This document shows positions 20,301 to 32,414 of a stretch of DNA of 64,000 nt, one piece after another. Position 1 is the stretch's first letter. Each line of letters begins with the position of its first letter. This DNA comes from an uncultured Chloroflexia bacterium (GTDB lineage: Bacteria; Chloroflexota; Limnocylindria; Limnocylindrales; CSP1-4), in assembly GCA_963816135.1 (NCBI GenBank), contig CAWFJD010000017.1, positions 13,064-77,063 of the forward strand, read 5' to 3'. The notes under the pieces were generated by a model that was given only the letters and a program-made list of their open reading frames with translations, was not told where the DNA came from and ran no database searches. Made by a program: the position numbers and the translations under genes.

Positions 20301-22503
20301 CCCTTCCGGCAGCAGCATCAAGCCCATCATGGCCTCGAGCTGGGCCGTCAGACGCCGCTCCTCGTCGAGGTAGCGGGCGTTCTCGAGCGCGCTCGCGATC
20401 TGGGCCGCGACCTGGAGGATCACCACGTCGGGCGGCCGGTTCCAGGCTGCCCGTCTGGAGCCGACGATCAACGCCCCAACGATCTCGTCTCGCGCTCGGA
20501 GGTCCACGATGTAGCCGCCGCTGACCGATTCCCGGGCGATGATCGGCTCGACCGGCGTGTCGACCACGAGCTTCGCGATTTCGTCGAACGAGATGATCGA
20601 TGCCTGGCGAGCGCCTGACTTCGCTGCAACCGCCGGGAGATTTCGATGACGCGAAGCGCCTCGACCGTCAACTCGCTGATGCCGCGGCTGGCCTCCACGG
20701 ATTTCCGACGCGGGTCCGTCCAGGTGACGATCGCTCCCACCTCGGCGAGTGTTCCCTCGCACAGGCGCTCCAGGGAGGTCTCCGCCACTTCCTGCCGGCT
20801 CCGGGCCCGGCTCAAGGCGACGGCGAGAGAGCTGAGCAGCGCCGCGTCGGAGTCCAATTGGGCCGACGGCGAGACCGGGCGGACCATTCCGAAGTAGCCC
20901 GCGCTCTGCCCCGATTCATCCCGGATGGATGTCAGTGACAGGTCTACGACGATGTGGCGTCCGGCCAGGCTTCCGATCAACGGCCGATGGACCACCCGGC
21001 CCTGCCAGTGCTCGGAGCTCTGCTCCCTGAAGGCCTGCATATCGAAGGGGCTGCCGTCGAGCCGGAGCTGGTCGATGACCTCCCAGATGTGACGGCCGAT
21101 CGCGTCCTGGGCGCGAAAGCCGAAGATCCGTTCCGCGGCCGGGTTGAGGGCCGTGACCATGACGTCTTTGTCGACGGTCACGATCCCTTCGGGCATCTGG
21201 TCCATCACCAGGGTGCCGATCCTGGCCGAGCCTTCGAGGGTGGCTCTCTGGGCGGCATCTCGGTTCATGTCCCGCTGGAGCAGCACGTTGCCGACGGCCA
21301 GGCCGGTAAACCTGCCCGTTTGTTCGAGCCTGGTGGCGTCGACGGGCTCGAGTGGGTGAGCCGACCAGAGCAGGAGAACCGCTCCGATACGTTTGTCGGC
21401 GAACCACAGCGGCGTTGCCCACATGGTCGCCAATCCCTCGAAGCGACCGGCCTCTGTCAGCCCGGACGCGGCCGGGTCCTGGAGGTCAAGGCAGAACGGC
21501 TTCTCGGACTCGCGGAGCCGGTGGGTGAGGGGAGTCGCCGACGGAACCGAGCGCGGCCAGTTCCGAGCGCAGTTCCTCATCGGTGTCGCGACTGGCGAAG
21601 AGGCGCACGTCGTCGCCATCGAAGAGGACCATGAGGCCGCCCGCCGCGCCGAGGGTTGCGGTCACGATGTCGATCGCCTTCTGGGCGACGGACTGCGACC
21701 TCGGTCTCTTCGTCCTCGAGACGGGCGATTGCCGCGAGCTCGCGAAGCATCCGCTCGTTCTGCCGCAGGTTCGTTACATCTCGGAGCCGGACCATCGCGT
21801 ACCCGTCGTGGGTTGGAGAGGCCATCGTGCAGATGGCTTCGGCGACGAGCGTCTCATGCGCCTGGCTCTCCGAGTTGACCTGGATGCTCACGGTCCGGAC
21901 TATCGAGCCGGCCTCCGCCAGCTCCGCTCGGGCCGTTTCTCCATCGGCCTCCGTCCAGTCCTCCATCAGCGTTTCCATCTGGAGGCCTACCATCCGCTCG
22001 CGAGCTCGACCGAACATCCTCGCGGCAGCTTCGTTGGCGTCGACAACGAGGCCCTCCATGTCGGACAGGAGCAGGGCCTCGGGCGAATGCCGGAAGAGAT
22101 CGCGATAGGGCAGGGTTTCGACGGCTGGCGCGGCATCTTCGGCCGGCACGGCCCAGAAGATCGCGGCAATGCCCGGTCGATCGTCGTCGGGCGCCAGCTT
22201 CAGGCTCTGGACGTGGGCTTCGACACGAACGACCTTGCCGTCGAGCTGGAGGCTCGTGAGTCCATGCCAACCGCCCGGATGGAGGGCGGCCTTCCTGACC
22301 TCGCTGCCTGCGAGGCTGCCGCTGCCGAGGACGAGCAGCAGCTCACGCCACGGCTTGCCGACGGCGTCGGCGGCCTTGACGCCCAGGATCCGCTCGGCAT
22401 GGTCGTTCCAGCGGACCACAATGCCCGCGGCATCCATGACGGCGACGCCCGCGTCGACTCGACCGAGCAGCTGGATTTCCTCGTCAAACAACGTCTGAAC
22501 CAA
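17346..22503 (-). pseudogene. giant multi-PAS/GAF sensor histidine kinase (about 1650 aa), 6 or more frameshifts as assembled
   Basis: ORFs 21577..22503, 20468..21619, 19857..20762, 17266..20139, 18015..19433 and 17939..18379 tile one product. The order is PAS-PAS-GAF-PAS-GAF-GAF-GAF-GAF-PAS, then HisKA (MEAIGSLVSGVAHELNNPLTGVIGF), then HATPase (FLNLTINSIQAM...IRDDGPGVP...FFTTKEPGEGTGLGLSVSFGIV), which ends near 17662. The low-complexity tail makes the 3' end uncertain. Confidence 0.8.
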
Positions 22504-22717
22504 GGTCCCGATGGGCGCAGACCACGCCGACCCTCTGTCGGAGCTCGTTGCAGGTCGATATCGTAGTCTCCACGCGCCACCTTTCTTCCTTGGCCAAGAG
22601 TCCCCACCTTAGGTAGTGCATTCGCGGTACGGCCGGCCGGCGGCCGATTCCCATTCTCCCGTTCACCGGGTTCCCGCCAGCACGAGTAGAGGCTGTTGCT
22701 GTATCCTTCGCGGCCGT

Positions 22718-22792
22718 GGGCCGGTAGCTCAACGGCAGAGCAAATGACTCTTAATCATTAGGTTGAGGGTTCGAATCCCTCCCGGCTCACCA
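22718..22792 (+). tRNA. tRNA-Lys: tRNA-Lys (anticodon CTT), CCA encoded
   Basis: Hand-folded cloverleaf. The acceptor is GGGCCGG/CCGGCTC (one G-U). The D arm is GCTC-AACGGCA-GAGC. The anticodon arm is AATGA-CTCTTAA-TCATT with CTT at 34-36. The variable loop is AGGTT. The T arm is GAGGG-TTCGAAT-CCCTC. The discriminator is A, followed by CCA. Confidence 0.9.
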
Positions 22793-22881
22793 GAAATCGC
22801 ACGCGAAACGCCCCTCGCCGGAGACCGGGAGGGGCGTCGTTGTGTCCGGGTGAATGCGGGTCCCGACCCGCAATTCAGCCG

Positions 22882-24939
22882 TCAGGCGGCGCGGGTCTTG
22901 CTGGCTTGCCAGTCCGTGGACCGGCGGCGCGGGATCAACGACGACGTCGATGCCGGGTCCGAGGCCTCGACGCGGAACCTGGCGACCAGGGCGTCGAGCT
23001 GTGAGGCCATCCGGGCGAGGGCATCGGCGGAGTCGACGAGCTCCTCAGCCTGGGCGGACATCTCCTCGGTGGCCGCGGAGACTTCCTCCGCCGCGGCCGA
23101 GTTCTCCTCGGCAATCGCCGCGATCGAAGAGACGGCGCCGGACGTCTGGTCGGCAGTGCGAGTCATCGCCTGTCCAACCGCGGCGTTCTGACGGGCGACG
23201 GTCCCGATTTCCTCGATGCCGGCCAGGACCTTGTGGCTCGCGCCAGTGAGGGCGTTGACCGCGGCCGTGATGCTGTCCGCGGCGTTCTTCGTCGCGGCGA
23301 CGGAGTCCGCGATCTCGTCGAGCGATTGGCCGGCTCGATCGGCGAGGACGGTGCCCTGCTCGACTTCGGCGGCGCCCAACTGCATGGCCTGGACGGCTTC
23401 CTCGGTTCCCTTCTGAACCTCGGTGATGAGGGCGGCGATTTCCTTGGTGGCTCGAGATGAGCGCTCGGCGAGCTTTCGCACCTCGTCGGCGACGACGGCG
23501 AAACCCTTGCCTTGCTCGCCGGCACGGGCGGCTTCGATCGCCGCGTTGAGTGCCAGCAGGTTCGTCTGTTCGGCGATGTCGTCGATGGTCTCGACGATGG
23601 CGCCGATCTGCTCGCCCTTGGCCCCGAGTTCGGTGACCTTGACCGCGGCGCCTTCGACGGCGCTCTTGATCCGGCCCATGCCGGTCACGGTCTCTCTCAC
23701 GGACCGGGTTCCGTGGTCGGCGGCCTGCGCGGCGCGGGTGGCAACTTCGTCGACGCGGCTCGAGGCGTCGGCCGCGCTGTCGATCGACTGGCCCATTTCC
23801 TGGACGGTGGCGATGGTCTCGGCGAGCCGGGCGGCAGTCTGGTCCGCGCCGGATCCCATCCGGGTGACGTCGTTGAACAGTTCGTTCATGGCGGCCGAGG
23901 CGTCGGACGCGCTGCGAGCCTGATCGCCCGCTCCCGCGGCGACCTGACCCACGGTCCCCGCCACCTGGCTCGACGCGCTCGAAACCTGGGTCGCGATAGA
24001 GGTGAGCGTGTCGGAGGTAGCCGCGACCGAACCGGAGGCCGACTTCACCTCGGAGACGGCAACCACGAGGGCTTGCCGCGAGGCTTCGTACGACTCCATC
24101 GCCTTCGCCAGCCGATCGAGCATCTCGTTGGCGGCAGCGGCCGTCTCGCCGATCTCGTCGGAGCCGTAACGGGCAATTCGCTCCGTCGTCGTCGCCGCTT
24201 TGGCAGTCAGATCGTTCGAGGCCATCGCGCCCAGGGCCTGTTCCAGGCTGGCCACGTCGTTGTCAGCGATCGACCGCATCATCGTCTGGACCTGGCGGAC
24301 GTCGCGCGTGATCCGCTTGGCCAGGAAGAATGCCAGTCCGAGACCGATCAGCAATGCCGCGAGGATGACGATGGCAAGGAGCCGCAGACTTGCCCAGTAG
24401 GTGTCGTTGATGTTGCCGTTCAGGTTCTCCGCGAACGCGACCTTGGCGGCGATCAGTTCCGAGACACTCTTCATCAGGCCGCCCCGGGTGGCGATCGCGG
24501 TATTGACCAGGTCCTGTGGTGCCTTCTGTCCGGAGCGGTCGAGCGCTCGGGCGGTCACCATCACGGCCCGATAGTCGGAAACCGCCTTGGTGATCGCAGT
24601 CATCTTGGCCACGTCTGCGGCCGGCGGATCTGTGGCCAGGAACAGGGCGATGTTCTGGTCGATGCTCTTGTCGATGTTGGCCATGGAGGTGTCCACCGCG
24701 GTCTGCGCGGCCGCGTTTCCGATATTGGCGTCGCCCTGCTGCGCGGCGCGGGCGCGGTCGAGCAGGTTCGCGTTGAGCTGTTCGAGGTAGTGGAGAGGCA
24801 TGACCGCGCTGGAGAGCATCTGGTCGCCCTCCGCTCGGACTGAACCGATGTTCGCGATGGCCACGAAGCCCACGAGGCAGGTCATCGCCAGGAGCACCCC
24901 GGCGGTGGCGAACAGCTTCGTACGGACGGACAGACGCAT
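22882..24939 (-). CDS. methyl-accepting chemotaxis protein
   Basis: I start it at ATG 24939 ([10 protein letters not shown]...), 9 nt after GAGGA. It has an N-terminal TM, a periplasmic helical sensor, a second TM, a HAMP domain, and the invariant signalling hairpin [38 protein letters not shown]. It is unbroken over 2.06 kb. Confidence 0.9.
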   Translation of the reverse strand: MRLSVRTKLFATAGVLLAMTCLVGFVAIANIGSVRAEGDQMLSSAVMPLHYLEQLNANLLDRARAAQQGDANIGNAAAQTAVDTSMANIDKSIDQNIALFLATDPPAADVAKMTAITKAVSDYRAVMVTARALDRSGQKAPQDLVNTAIATRGGLMKSVSELIAAKVAFAENLNGNINDTYWASLRLLAIVILAALLIGLGLAFFLAKRITRDVRQVQTMMRSIADNDVASLEQALGAMASNDLTAKAATTTERIARYGSDEIGETAAAANEMLDRLAKAMESYEASRQALVVAVSEVKSASGSVAATSDTLTSIATQVSSASSQVAGTVGQVAAGAGDQARSASDASAAMNELFNDVTRMGSGADQTAARLAETIATVQEMGQSIDSAADASSRVDEVATRAAQAADHGTRSVRETVTGMGRIKSAVEGAAVKVTELGAKGEQIGAIVETIDDIAEQTNLLALNAAIEAARAGEQGKGFAVVADEVRKLAERSSRATKEIAALITEVQKGTEEAVQAMQLGAAEVEQGTVLADRAGQSLDEIADSVAATKNAADSITAAVNALTGASHKVLAGIEEIGTVARQNAAVGQAMTRTADQTSGAVSSIAAIAEENSAAAEEVSAATEEMSAQAEELVDSADALARMASQLDALVARFRVEASDPASTSSLIPRRRSTDWQASKTRAA

Positions 24940-25099
24940 GGGTTCCATTCCTCGGGTGACGGCGGTCGTTGGCGGGGCGGCACAGGGAGCCGTGAGGCTC
25001 TCATTAGGAGGGGAGTCGGCCGCCAATCGGGCAGGTAGATCCGCCGATTGCGTGAAAACACGCCATGTCCCCCGGCGACTGGTCGGCGCCGGTCGGGCC

Positions 25100-26142
25100 C
25101 TACTCGGGCGTGATCGAGACCCTGTTGCGTCCTGCCCGCTTGGCCTCGCGCATGGCCTCGTCGGCCCGGTTGAACAGCGACTCGGCTGAATCGAGGTGAG
25201 TGGCGAGCGTGCCGCCCACGGACACGTTGATCGTCTGGACGATCCGACCGCGACGGACCTCGGAGCGCTCGACCAGGACGCGGAGGCGTTCCGCCGCCTC
25301 CTCGAGGCGCGCACGATCCGACGCTTCGACGAGGACTCCGAATTCCTCGCCGCCCCAGCGGGCCAGGATGTCGCCGGCTCGGACCGCCCCGCGGAGTGTC
25401 CAGGCGACCACCTTGAGGACCTCGTCGCCGAAGGAGTGGCCGTGCAGGTCGTTGACCGCCTTGAAGTGGTCTATGTCCACGATCAGCAGACCGAAATTCC
25501 AGCCATAGCGGGCCATGTTCTCGATCCGGCTGGCGAGGGCGGCGTCGAAGAAGCGCCTGTTCGGCAGGCCCGTGAGCGCGTCCGTGACCGCTTCGTGCCT
25601 CGCCCGCTCCGCCTCTTCGTGGAGCTGGTTCTTCTCGGATTCGTCCGAGAAGATCTCCACGCCCCCGATGACGTTGCCCTCGGCGTCCTTGACCTGGGCC
25701 GTGTGCAGCCGGACCGGCTTCCGATGGCCGTCCTTGTGCCGTCAGCCAGACGAGAGCATCGCGGGCCTGGCCGTCCTCGATCGTGGCCGCCAGCGGGCAG
25801 GTCGTGTGGCAGAGAACCGTCCCGCTCTCGTCCACGTGGTTGAGGATGTTCTCGAAGCAGCGGTGGTTGACGACGTACTCGGAGCTGTAGCCGCTGATCT
25901 TCTCCGCCCCGCGATTCCAGTACGTGATGCGGCGACGTGGGATCGACGAAATAGACGCCGTCGTCGAGGTCCTCGACGATCGCCCGTGTCAGGGCCGGAT
26001 CCAACTCGCCATCCGGGGCCGCCAGCGCCGGAACCGCCTGAACGGCCGACCCCGAATCGGCCGCCCCCGATGGCGAATCGGGCGCTGGGTGCCGGGACGG
26101 CTCGGCATCCTCCCTGACGTTGACGGGGGACTTGCGTGGCAT
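25100..26142 (-). pseudogene. PAS-GGDEF diguanylate cyclase, 2 frameshifts (about 25930 and about 25740)
   Basis: ORF 25100..25660 holds the GGDEF domain ([22 protein letters not shown]-site RAGD and active site [11 protein letters not shown]). The PAS part is split over ORFs 25483..26418 (IVEDLDDGVYFVDP) and 24882..25835 (DESGTVLCHTTCPLAATIEDGQARDALVWL). The start is ATG 26142 (MPRKSPV). Confidence 0.8.
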
Positions 26143-26482
26143 TCGAGGATTCCGTGGCGGGCTGGTCGGCACATCATGCCCTAACTGGCCTGGCCCCTCG
26201 GTCTCAAAGGCGAGCCCCGACCTTGCGACTTCATACCAGGACCGGCTGGCGCAACCTCCAGGGTTCAGCGCGGGCGGACTGCCGGAATGGTAATGTCCGG
26301 TCGCGCACCGGGGGCCGGAGCGCGGCCGTGGCAGAGACCGCGGCGGAGAAAAGAAAGCGTCGAGGGGCCATCGCCCCGACCTCGCCGGTTGTCGCCGAGC
26401 GATTCGGCGGCCGCCCATGGGATTGGGCGTCAGGCCCCGGCGACTCCGTCAGGCCGAAATCGATGGCTGGTAGAGGAGAGCC

Positions 26483-28942
26483 GTGCGTTACGGTCATTTC
26501 GACGACGAGAACCGCGAGTACGTCATCACACGACCGGATACGCCGCTGCCCTGGATCAACTACCTGGGCAGCGAGGCCTACTTCGGGATCATCTCCAACA
26601 CCGCCGGCGGCTACTCGTTCTATCGCGACGCCCGGATGCGCCGCCTGACCCGCTACCGCTACAACAACGCGCCGCTGGACCTGGGCGGCCGCTACGTGTA
26701 CCTGCGAGACGACGAGTCGGGCGATTTCTGGAGCCCGAGCTGGCAGCCGACGCCAGCGCGATCTGGACGACTACACCTGCCGCCACGGCCTCGGCTACTC
26801 GATCATCGGCTCCACGTACAAGGGGATCCGGGGCGAGACGCTGTACTTCGTGCCGCTCGGCGAGAACCTCGAGGTCTGGCGGATCCGCGTCACGAACGAG
26901 CGGTCAGAGCCGGCCCACGTGTCGCTCTTCAGCTCGATCGAGTGGTGCCTGTGGGAGGCCCTGGAAGACAACTCGAACTTCCAGCGCAACTACTCCACCG
27001 GCCAGGTCGAGGTCGAGGACGGCGTCATCTACCACAAGACCGAGTACCGGGAGCGCCGCGACCACTTCGCGTACTTCGCCTGCTCGGCGCCGCTCGCCGG
27101 CTTCGACACGTCAGCGGGACGCGTTCCTCGGCGCGTACCGAGGCTGGGACCGGCCGATCGTCGTGGAGCAGGGCAAGGCAACTGATTCGATCGCCCACGG
27201 CTGGCAGCCGATGGGCTCGCACCACGTCAAGCTCGATCTCGCGCCCGGCGAGACCCGCGAGGTCGTCGTCCTGCTCGGCTACCAGGAGAACCCGCAGGAC
27301 GACAAGTTCGACCCGGCCGGCTCTCAGACGATCAACAAGAAGCGCGTCCGGCCGATCATCGAGCGCTACCTCAAGTCCGACGAGGTCGAGAAGGCGTTCG
27401 GCGCCCTGCGCGACTCCTGGACCGACCTGCTCGGCAAGCTGCAGGTCCAGACCGCCAACGAGCACGTGGACCGGATGGTCAACATCTGGAACGCCTACCA
27501 GTGCATGGTCACGTTCAACATGTCGCGCTCGGCTTCCGGCTTCGAGTCGGGCATCGGCCGGGGCATGGGCTTCCGCGACTCCAATCAGGACCTGCTGGGC
27601 TTCGTCCACATGGTTCCCGCGCGCGCCCGCGAGCGGATCATCGACATCGCCTCGACCCAGCTGCCGAGCGGCGGCGCCTATCACCAGTACCAGCCGCTGA
27701 CCAAGCGCGGCAACGACGCCGTCGGCTCCGGGTTCAACGACGATCCGGCCTGGCTCGTCCTCGGCGTGGCCGCGTACCTCAAGGAGACCGGCGATCTCTC
27801 GATCCTCGACGAGGCCGTGTCCCGTACGACAACGAGCCCGGCTCCGAGACGCCGCTCTACGAGCACCTCCAGCGCTCGCATCCAGTACACCCTGGACCGG
27901 CGTCGGGCCGCACGGGCTGCCGCTCATCGGTCGGGCCGACTGGAACGATTGCCTGAACCTCAACTGCTTCTCGGAGACTCCCGGCGAGATCGTTCCAGAC
28001 CACCGAGAACAAGGAAGGCGGCGTCGCCGAGTCCGTGTTCATCGGCGGCCTGTTCGTCCTGGCGGCCGACGAGATGGCGGCCATGGCCACGCTCCGCGGC
28101 GACGCGGCGGAGGCGGCGAGGTGCCAGGCCGCTTCCGCGGGCATGGTCAAGGTCGTCGAGACGGCCGGCTGGGACGGCGAGTGGTTCCGCCGCGCCTACG
28201 ACTTCTTCGGCCGCGTCGTCGGCTCCGACGAGAGCGCCGAGAGCAAGATCTTCATCGAGCCGCAGGGCATGTGCGTCGTCGGCCGGCATCGGCCTCGAGA
28301 ACGGCATGGCGGACAAGGCTCTGGCCTCGGTCGCGGAACGTCTGGCTACGCCCCACGGCATCGTCCTGAACAACCCGCCCTTCAGCCACTACTACGTGGA
28401 GTACGGCGAGATCTCCTCGTACCCGGAGGGATACAAGGAGAACGCGGGCATCTTCTGCCACACGAACCCGTGGGTCATGATCGGCGAGGCTCGGGTCGGG
28501 CATCCGGACAAGGCCCTCGACTACTACATGCGGATCAACCCCTCCGCGCGCGAGGAGCATCTCCGAGATCCACCGCTGCGAGCCGTACGTCTACGCCCAG
28601 ATGATCGCGGGCAAGGACGCCCCAACTCACGGCGAGGCCAAGAACTCGTGGCTGAGTGGCACGGCGGCGTGGAACTACGTGGCGATCAGCCAGTGGATCC
28701 TGGGCATCCGCCCCGAGCACGACGGCCTCCGGATCGACCCGGCGGTCCCCGGCGGAGTGGGCCACGTTCAAGGTCACGCGGCGGTTCCGCGGCGCCACGT
28801 ACAACATCACCATCCAGAAGGCAGCCGGCGCGGCCGGCAGCGTTCGGCGACTTACCGTGGACGGCCGCGCCGTCCGGGCAACCTCGCCCCGCTACCGAGC
28901 AAGGCGGGCCAGACGTTCGAGGTGGTCGCGTTCGTGGAGTGA
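26483..28942 (+). pseudogene. GH94 glycoside phosphorylase (cellobiose/chitobiose phosphorylase-like), copy 1, many frameshifts
   Basis: The N-terminus [62 protein letters not shown] is classic GH94. Later blocks are [15 protein letters not shown] and [19 protein letters not shown]. The C-terminal block [15 protein letters not shown]...[14 protein letters not shown]...GLRIDP is spread over three frames. The stop is at 28940-28942. Confidence 0.85.
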
Positions 28943-29041
28943 CGGTCGGGTAGCATTCGACCACGTCACAATGCGTCGCCCGTCCCCGGCGACCCGGACA
29001 AAGCAGCCTCGCCCGCGAAACGGGCGCGTGGGAGACGACCG

Positions 29042-31467
29042 ATGACCCAGTCCCCGACGCAAAAGCGCGCCTCGGCGGCGCACGTTGGCGCCAACGAGTA
29101 CGGCTACTTCGACGAAGCCGCGCGCGAGTACGTCATCACCCGTCCGGACACGCCGACTCCCTGGCTCAACTACATCGGCGAGGGCCGATACGGCGGCATC
29201 GTCTCCAACACGGGCGGCGGCTACTCCTTCGACCGCGATCCGCGCAACCGCCGCGTAACCCGCTACCGCTACAACTCGATCCCGGTGGATCAGCCCGGCC
29301 GCTACGTCTATCTGCGCGATCAGGAGACGGGCGAGTACTGGAGCCCGACCGCGTCGCCGGTCCAGCGCGACCTGGACTCCTACGAGTGCCGCCACGGCAC
29401 CGCTTACACGCGGATCTCGAGCACGTACCGCGGCATCGCCGCGGAGATGCTCTACTTCGTGCCGCTCAGCCCGGTTGACGAGCCGGCTCCGTGCGAGCTG
29501 TGGGTCCTGACGCTCCGGAACCTGGGTCCGGAGCCGCGCCGCCTGCGCAGCTTCAGCTACGCGGAGTTCAGCTTCGCCGACGCGTTCAACGACATGACCA
29601 ACCTGGACTGGGCGCAGCACATCGTCTTCAGCTCGTGCGAGGACGGGATCATTCGGGTCGGGACGAAGTTCAATCCGCTGCGCTACTTCTTCGCCAGCAG
29701 CGAGACGCCGGCCGGCTACACCTGCGACCGCGAGGATTTCGTCGGCCGGCGCCGCGACCTCGCCAACCCGATCGTCGTGGAGACGGGCAAGCCTTCCAAC
29801 GCGGCCTCGCCGCGCGGCAACAGCGTCGGCTCGCTCACCCACGACATCGAGCTCGGCCCGGGCGAGGAGCGCAAGCTCGTCTTCGTCATGGGCGCCACCG
29901 AGCGGCCGGCCGAGATCGAGCGCGTGGTCAAGCGCTACTCGGACCTCGACGAAGTGTCCGCGGCGTTCCAGGCGCTGCGCGACGACTGGGCGGCTTACCT
30001 CGGCCGCTTCACGGTCGAGACGCCGGACGCGGACACCAACGCGATGCTCAACTTCTGGAACCAGGTCCAGTGCCGCACGACGCTGTACTGGTCCCGGTTC
30101 GTCTCCGGCTACGAGAGCGGCCTGGGCCGCGGCATGGGCACCCGCGACAGCGGCCAGGACACCCTCGGCACCATGCACACGGTTCCGGACCACGCCCGCC
30201 GGATGCTGACCACGATCTGGCGGATGCAGTTCGCGGACGGCCACACCTACCACCAGTTCTTCCCGCTGACTCTCGAGGGCGGCCCGGGCCTGGCGGCCGA
30301 GTTCCCGACGTGGCCGCAGTGGTTCAGCGACGACCACCTCTGGCTGATCATCTCGGTCTGCGCCTACCTGCGCGAGACCGGCGACTTCGACTACCTCGAA
30401 CAGAAGGTCCCGTACGTGGACCACGCCGAGGAGACGCGTCTGGGAGCACATGCTCCGGGCGGTGGACTTCACCCTCGAGCACCTCGGGCCGCACAGGCTG
30501 CCGCGCGCCGGCTTCTCCGACTGGAACGACACGCTCAACGTCGACCACGGCTCGGGCAAGGCGGAGAGCGTCTGGACGGGCATGCAGTTCTGCCGGGCGA
30601 TGCTCGATCTGGCCGAGCTGTGCCGCGAGCTCGGCCGCGGCGAGGACGCGCGGCGCTTCGCCGGCTCTGCACGACGCGATGGCCGAGGCGATCAACGAGC
30701 ACGCCTGGGACGGCGAGTGGTATCTCGCGCTCCTTCGACGACGACGGCGAGCCGATCGGCATCGCCGGCGCGGCTCATCACGCCATCGACCTGATCGCCG
30801 CAGAGCTGGTCCGTCCTGGGCGGCGTCGCGCCGCCGGAGCGAGCCGAGCGGGCCATGGCCTCAGCGGACGAGAAGCTCAACACGCAAGTTCGGCCTGGCG
30901 CTTCTGTGGCCGCCCTACAACGGCGCCGACCCTCGCGTCGCGGGCACGTCCACGTACGTGCCCGGCGCCAAGGAGAACGGCGGCATCTTCTGCCACGCCA
31001 ACACCTGGTCCATCGTCGCGGCGGCGATGCTCGGCCACGGCGACCAGGCCTACCGCTACTACCGCCAGATCCTGCCGCTCGCCCGCACGGACTCGGACCT
31101 GTACAAGGTGGAGCCGTACACGTATCCGCAGAACATCTGCGGGCCCACGCATCCCTCCTTCGGGATGGCCCGCAACGCCTGGCTGACGGGCACGGCGTCG
31201 TGGACCTACGTCGCGGCGACGCAATGGATCCTGGGCATCCGGCCCACGTACGAGGGCTTGCGGGTCGCGCCGGCGATGCCGTCGGAGTGGTCCGGCTTCA
31301 ATGCCCATCGCGAGTTCCGCGGCGTCGCCTACGAGATCGCGGTCCAGCGCGAGGGCCCGGGCAACTCGGTCTCGCTCGTGGTCGACGACCTTGCGGTGGC
31401 CGGCGACGTCGTGCCGCTGCCGCCTCCCGGCACGGACTTCGTCCGCGTCGCGGTGACGGTGCGATGA
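29042..31467 (+). pseudogene. GH94 glycoside phosphorylase, copy 2, 5 or more frameshifts clustered at 30430-30900
   Basis: The first approximately 1400 nt are unbroken ([61 protein letters not shown]...RGMGTRDSGQDTLG...FADGHTYHQFFPLT). Then frames switch repeatedly (RAGFSDWNDTLN; AINEHAWDGEWY; KENGGIFCHANTWSIVA...ARNAWLTGTASWTY). The gene ends at TGA 31465-31467. Confidence 0.85.
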
Positions 31468-32365
31468 ACCCTGACGGTCACGGCGGTCCGGCGCGTGAGG
31501 CCGAGCCGGCTCCAGGAGTTCCGGGCGTTCCCGGATCGCTCCACGGCCGGCCCACTCGGCGGCTCGAGACGGCTCACTGCTGGCTCGAGTTCCTGACCAT
31601 GGGCGGCCCTCGGATCGTCGGTTTCGGCCTGGCCGGCGGGCCCGAACGTCTTCGCCGAGACGCCGGACAAGACCTGGGACTCCGGCTACGGGATGTTCGA
31701 GCTCGTCGGCGGCCATCGCCTCTGGTTCGCTCCCGAAAGCCCCGAATGCAGCTTTCCGGACTGCTTCCGGGCTGGAGATCGAACCGATCGACGGCGGGGT
31801 TCGGCTGATCGGCGCACTCCAGGCTCCGACGGGTTTGCGGATGTCGATCGAAGCCACTCCAGCGCTCGATGCGGCCAGGGTGCACCTCCACCATGTCATC
31901 CGAAACGAAGGGCCGCGAACCCTCGAGCTGGCTCCGTGGCCCGTGACCCAGCTTCGACTCGGCGGCGTGGCCCGGGTTGAGCTGCCCGGCCCAAGCAAGG
32001 TTTCGGGCCCCAGCCAGCTCGTGGTCATGTGGCCGTATTCGTCCTGGTCGGACCCCCGCCTCTCGATCCGAGATGGCGAGCTGTCAGTGGCCGCGCAAGC
32101 GGGCGAGCCGTTCAAAGTGGGCTGCTTCAGCTACACAGGTCGGGTTACCTACGAGCTCGACGATCTCCGGTTCGTGAAGACCTACGACCCGGCGCCCGGC
32201 AGCGCGCATGCGGACATGGGCGTGAACCTGGAGATCTACGTCGACCGCGGGACGATCGAGCTCGAATCGCTGGCTCCGCTGAGGCGCCTCGCGCCCGGCG
32301 AGTCGGTCGGCTGGGACGAAGACTGGGAGCTCACCGAGATTTCCTGCCGAAGCCGTCGCCGGAGC
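31464..32365 (+). pseudogene. hypothetical protein, possibly mutarotase/DUF4380-like; 2 or more frameshifts, both ends uncertain
   Basis: ATG 31464 overlaps the GH94 stop (ATGA). Coding-looking fragments lie in three frames. They are HCWLEFLTMGGPRIVGFGLAGGP, then MFELVGGHRLWFAPESPE, then RMSIEATPALDAARVHLHHVIRNEGPRTLELAPWPVTQL...GVNLEIYVDRGTIELESLAPLRRLAPGESVGWDEDWELTEI. The family call is only by resemblance. Confidence 0.4.
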
Positions 32366-32406
32366 GCAAAACCGGGCCGGTCGAAGGACCGGCCCGGTTC
32401 TTTTCT
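32366..32406. terminator. bidirectional Rho-independent terminator between convergent genes
   Basis: A 13-bp perfect stem, AACCGGGCCGGTC (32370-32382) pairing with GACCGGCCCGGTT (32387-32399), with loop GAAG. It is flanked by AAAA upstream and CTTTTCT downstream. Confidence 0.75.
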
Positions 32407-32414
32407 GCGAGTGT

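Noticed and set aside
22560-22900. tRNA-Lys as an integration hotspot for a genomic island or prophage.
   Set aside because: There is no integrase. I could not find a direct repeat of the tRNA 3' end nearby. The flanking genes are ordinary sensory genes.
26143-26482. A c-di-GMP or other riboswitch in the 340-bp ORF-free region next to the GGDEF gene; also a cobalamin riboswitch ahead of the corrinoid genes (48686-48793) and a THF/preQ1-type element ahead of folE (14593-14661).
   Set aside because: I could not find the conserved cores of these classes by eye. The latter two leaders are too short (108 and 69 nt). This needs a covariance-model scan to exclude properly.
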